From Escherichia coli (lineage in GTDB: Bacteria; Pseudomonadota; Gammaproteobacteria; Enterobacterales; Enterobacteriaceae), in NCBI RefSeq assembly GCF_044647545.1, contig NZ_CP172818.1: a DNA stretch of 64,000 nucleotides. One strand, 5' to 3'. How positions within the stretch are numbered: position 1 is the stretch's first letter; each line of letters opens with the position of its first letter. The notes below the pieces were generated by a model, which made no database searches, was not told where the DNA came from, and worked only from the letters and a program-made list of their open reading frames with translations. Position numbers and translations under genes: made by a program. Below are positions 57,477 through 64,000 of the stretch, in pieces.

Positions 57477-58301
57477 TTACAGCGCCAGCGCACTGGCGAG
57501 TGGTGTAACACCGAAACGCTGGCCGAGCGCTATCAGCTCTTCACGACTGATGGTCTGTTTCATGCCGCCCATCGAATAAACCTTCACTAATACTTGTGCT
57601 GATTTTTCTGCGGTGTCGATTAAACCGAATGTTTCATCCAGTGTCGGACCGCTGCCGAAGACGCCGTGGAAGGGCCACAACACCAGCGAATGTTTTTGCA
57701 TTTCCTGTGCGGTCGCCTGGCCGATTTCGTCCGTGCCGGGCACCATCCACGGCAAAATGCCGACGCCATCCGGGAACACTACCAGACACTCGGTGCTGCC
57801 TTCCCAAAGCTGGCGAGTGAAGAGCGCGGTGTCGTTTTCCAGTACGTAGGTAAGGGCGATCAGGTTGGTGGCGTGGCAGTGCATGATCACCCGATCTTTA
57901 CCGTTGGTGGCTTTAATGCGCTCGCAGTGGGAGAGAAAGTGAGCCGGAAGTTCAGAGGTTGGAACGGCTTCGTTGGTTAGCCCCCAGAGAATATGGTAGC
58001 CCGCGCCGTCGCTGTCGACTTTTACGACGCCTAAGTTAGCCGCAGGATCAAGCTGGACGTTACGAAAGAATTTGCCGGAGCCGGTGACAATAAACGGTGT
58101 ATTTGCCAGTAAAGGCATGGGCTGGATGAGCGGGATATAGCGCGGTTGTGCATGAAAGTTGCCGTGATAAGGCGCGATATCGGCGTCATCCAGGCGCAGC
58201 GTCAGGTTACCACCATTGCGCTCGTCCCAGCCTTTCAGCCAGGCGTCGGTGGTGGCTTTGATCATTCCCTGGACAAACCAGGACTGGGTAATGTTTTGCA
58301 T
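57477..58301 (-). CDS. rhaD: Rhamnulose-1-phosphate aldolase
   Basis: 274 aa from [37 protein letters not shown] inside ORF 57477..58394. Confidence 0.95.
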   Translation of the reverse strand: MQNITQSWFVQGMIKATTDAWLKGWDERNGGNLTLRLDDADIAPYHGNFHAQPRYIPLIQPMPLLANTPFIVTGSGKFFRNVQLDPAANLGVVKVDSDGAGYHILWGLTNEAVPTSELPAHFLSHCERIKATNGKDRVIMHCHATNLIALTYVLENDTALFTRQLWEGSTECLVVFPDGVGILPWMVPGTDEIGQATAQEMQKHSLVLWPFHGVFGSGPTLDETFGLIDTAEKSAQVLVKVYSMGGMKQTISREELIALGQRFGVTPLASALAL

Positions 58302-58319
58302 GTTCTGTGTTCCTGTTAA

Positions 58320-58737
58320 TTGGACGTCCGTGCCTGTTGCCGGATGTACGATCTGTAGGCCGGATAAGGCACTCGTGCCGCATCCGGCAATCAATGCCTG
58401 ATGCGACGCTGTCGCGTCTTATCAGCCTACAACTATTGCCGACCCTAGCCGGATATGGCGCTCGTGCCGCATCCGGCAATCAATGCCTGATGCGACGCTG
58501 TCGCGTCTTATCAGGCCTACAACTATTGCCGACCTGTAGGCCGGATAAGGCACTTGTGCCGCATCCGGCAACAATGCTGATGCGACGCGTCGCGTCTTAT
58601 CAGGCCTACAACTATTGCCGACCCGTAGCCGATATGCGCTCGTGCCGCATCCCAATCAATGCCGATGCGACGCTGCGCGCTATCAGGCCACAACAGCCGA
58701 CCCGAGGCCGGAAAGGCACGGCCGCATCCGGCAGTGT
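58320..58737. repeat. Tandem REP/BIME array (~4.5 units of ~85 bp) in the rhaD-rhaA intergenic region
   Basis: Repeated GCCGGATAAGGC.CTCGTGCCGCATCCGGCAATCAATGCCTGATGCGACGCTGTCGCGTCTTATCAGGCCTACAACTATTGCCGACC; distal copies progressively lose bases. Confidence 0.8.
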
Positions 58738-61750
<3,013 letters not shown>

Positions 61751-62587
61751 ATGACCGTATTACATAGTGTGGATTTTTTTCCGTCTGGTAACGCGTCCGT
61801 GGCGATAGAACCCCGGCTCCCGCAGGCGGATTTTCCTGAACATCATCATGATTTTCATGAAATTGTGATTGTCGAACATGGCACGGGTATTCATGTGTTT
61901 AATGGGCAGCCCTATACCATCACCGGTGGGACGGTCTGTTTCGTACGCGATCATGATCGGCATCTGTATGAACATACCGATAATCTGTGTCTGACCAATG
62001 TGCTGTATCGCTCGCCGGATCGATTTCAGTTTCTCGCCGGGCTGAATCAGTTGCTGCCACAAGAGCAGGATGGGCAGTATCCGTCTCACTGGCGCGTTAA
62101 CCACAGCGTGTTGCAGCAGGTGCGACAGCTGGTTGCACAGATGGAACAGCAGGAAGGGGAAAATGATTTACCCTCGACCGCCAGTCGCGAGATCTTATTT
62201 ATGCAATTACTGCTCTTGCTGCGTAAAAGCAGTTTGCAGGAGAACCTGGAAAACAGCGCGTCACGTCTCAACTTGCTTCTGGCTTGGCTGGAGGACCATT
62301 TTGCCGATGAGGTGAATTGGGATGCCGTGGCGGATCAATTTTCTCTTTCGCTGCGTACGCTACATCGGCAGCTTAAGCAGAAAACGGGACTGACGCCTCA
62401 GCGTTACCTGAACCGCCTGCGACTGATGAAAGCTCGACATCTGCTACGCCACAGCGAGGCCAGCGTTACTGACATCGCCTATCGCTGCGGATTTAGCGAC
62501 AGTAACCACTTTTCGACGCTTTTTCGCCGAGAGTTTAACTGGTCACCGCGTGATATTCGCCAGGGACGGGATGGCTTTCTGCAATAA
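61751..62587 (+). CDS. rhaS: AraC-family activator RhaS
   Basis: 278 aa ORF with cupin N-domain and C-terminal AraC HTH. Confidence 0.96.
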   Translation: MTVLHSVDFFPSGNASVAIEPRLPQADFPEHHHDFHEIVIVEHGTGIHVFNGQPYTITGGTVCFVRDHDRHLYEHTDNLCLTNVLYRSPDRFQFLAGLNQLLPQEQDGQYPSHWRVNHSVLQQVRQLVAQMEQQEGENDLPSTASREILFMQLLLLLRKSSLQENLENSASRLNLLLAWLEDHFADEVNWDAVADQFSLSLRTLHRQLKQKTGLTPQRYLNRLRLMKARHLLRHSEASVTDIAYRCGFSDSNHFSTLFRREFNWSPRDIRQGRDGFLQ

Positions 62588-62660
62588 CGCGAATCTTCTC
62601 AACGTATTTGTACGCCATATTGCGAATAATCAACTTCGTTCTCTGGCCGAGGTAGCCACG

Positions 62661-63509
62661 GTGGCGCATCAGTTAAAACTTCTCAAAGATGATTTTTTTG
62701 CCAGCGACCAGCAGGCAGTCGCTGTGGCTGACCGTTATCCGCAAGATGTCTTTGCTGAACATACACATGATTTTTGTGAGCTGGTGATTGTCTGGCGCGG
62801 TAATGGTCTGCATGTACTCAACGATCGCCCTTATCGCATTACCCGTGGCGATCTCTTTTACATTCATGCTGACGATAAACACTCCTACGCTTCCGTTAAC
62901 GATCTGGTTTTGCAGAATATTATTTATTGCCCGGAGCGGCTGAAGCTGAATCTTGACTGGCAGGGAGCGATTCCGGGATTTAGCGCCAGCGCAGGGCAAC
63001 CACACTGGCGCTTAGGTAGCGTGGGGATGGCGCAGGCGCGGCAGGTTATCGGTCAACTTGAGCATGAAAGTAGTCAGCATGTGCCGTTTGCTAACGAAAT
63101 GGCAGAGTTGCTGTTCGGGCAGTTGGTGATGTTGCTGAATCGCCATCGTTACACCAGCGATTCGTTGCCGCCAACATCCAGCGAAACATTGCTGGATAAG
63201 CTGATTACCCGGCTGGCGGCCAGCCTGAAAAGTCCCTTTGCGCTGGATAAATTTTGTGATGAGGCATCGTGCAGTGAGCGCGTTTTGCGTCAGCAATTTC
63301 GCCAGCAGACTGGCATGACCATCAATCAATATCTGCGGCAGGTCAGAGTGTGTCATGCGCAATATCTCCTCCAGCATAGCCGCCTGTTAATCAGTGATAT
63401 TTCGACCGAATGTGGCTTTGAAGATAGTAACTATTTTTCGGTGGTGTTTACCCGGGAAACCGGGATGACGCCCAGCCAGTGGCGTCATCTCAATTCGCAG
63501 AAAGATTAA
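62661..63509 (+). CDS. rhaR: AraC-family activator RhaR (GTG start)
   Basis: 282 aa from (V)[37 protein letters not shown].. inside ORF 62550..63509. Confidence 0.93.
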   Translation: MAHQLKLLKDDFFASDQQAVAVADRYPQDVFAEHTHDFCELVIVWRGNGLHVLNDRPYRITRGDLFYIHADDKHSYASVNDLVLQNIIYCPERLKLNLDWQGAIPGFSASAGQPHWRLGSVGMAQARQVIGQLEHESSQHVPFANEMAELLFGQLVMLLNRHRYTSDSLPPTSSETLLDKLITRLAASLKSPFALDKFCDEASCSERVLRQQFRQQTGMTINQYLRQVRVCHAQYLLQHSRLLISDISTECGFEDSNYFSVVFTRETGMTPSQWRHLNSQKD

Positions 63510-64000
63510 TTCGCCATGCCGATGCCGACGATGTTAGCGGCGACAATAATCACCACACAACCGAGGCTCAACACCGTTACCGGACGGCGTCCTGCATTGT
63601 TCCACTCTTTCAGCACCAGCCCGACGATACCGCCGCACAATACATAGAAGCTCATATGCAGCATCCAACTGATGTAGTCATACTGCGCCGGAATGCGGGC
63701 GTGGCCCCAGGCATAGAAAAAGAATTGCAGATACCACATCAACCGCCCAGTGCTGAGAGTAACACATTGTGAATGATCAGCGGTTTTGCCAGCGAGAAGT
63801 CGGCTTTTAGCGACAAATCTTTCACTTTTGCCAGACGAATGAAGCAGAAACCGAGGTTGATGATCGCGCCGCCTCCCATGATGACAACATAGCTTGGCAG
63901 AGCGACATACAGTGGATCGACGCCCAGTGCGGCAGCGGCTTCATGCATCGGTTTTGCGGCGTTCATCGCAAAGGACATCCCGGCAGAGAAAATGCCGCAC
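63506..64000 (-). pseudogene. rhaT: L-rhamnose-proton symporter RhaT, 3' portion (gene continues past window end), split by an apparent 1 bp deletion near 63739-63742
   Basis: ORFs 63739..63978 (..[16 protein letters not shown]) and 63506..63742 ((L)[19 protein letters not shown]..) are consecutive RhaT segments in different frames. Confidence 0.75.

Overview
This window reads as well-characterised Escherichia coli chromosome, in the gene order found downstream of the rrnA operon in K-12; I found no convincing novel multi-gene system. Gene order: 3' part of a 23S rRNA and a 5S rRNA, mobB-mobA, yihD, srkA, dsbA, yihF, yihG, polA, Spot 42 (spf), engB, CsrC, yihI, hemN, yshB, glnG-glnL-glnA, typA, yihL-yihM-yihN, ompL, the sulfoquinovose catabolic cluster yihO-P-Q-R-S-T-U-V-W, yihX, yihY, dtd, yiiD, a small accessory islet, yiiE, fdhE-fdoI-fdoH-fdoG, fdhD, yiiG, frvR-X-B-A, rhaM, rhaD-A-B, rhaS, rhaR and the 3' part of rhaT. 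Gene names rest on recognising the translated ORFs and their synteny from memory, not on a database search. No CRISPR array, IS element, transposase, integrase or tRNA was seen. Things that do not fit ordinary E. coli sequence: (1) a ~590 bp almost pure-purine tract between frvA and rhaM; (2) a ~390 bp A+C-only homopolymer-rich tract between yihQ and yihR; (3) an islet between yiiD and yiiE holding a multiply frameshifted esterase remnant and a HigB/HigA-like toxin-antitoxin pair with a frameshifted toxin, flanked by a thrice-repeated ~20 bp motif; (4) deletion-type lesions: 5S rRNA lacking its canonical 3' end, yihL and rhaT each split by an apparent 1 bp deletion, and a REP array whose copies decay by deletions. 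The two low-complexity tracts look more like sequence or assembly artefacts, or synthetic filler, than biology. All coordinates I derived by hand (not taken from the ORF track) carry about +/-2 bp uncertainty.
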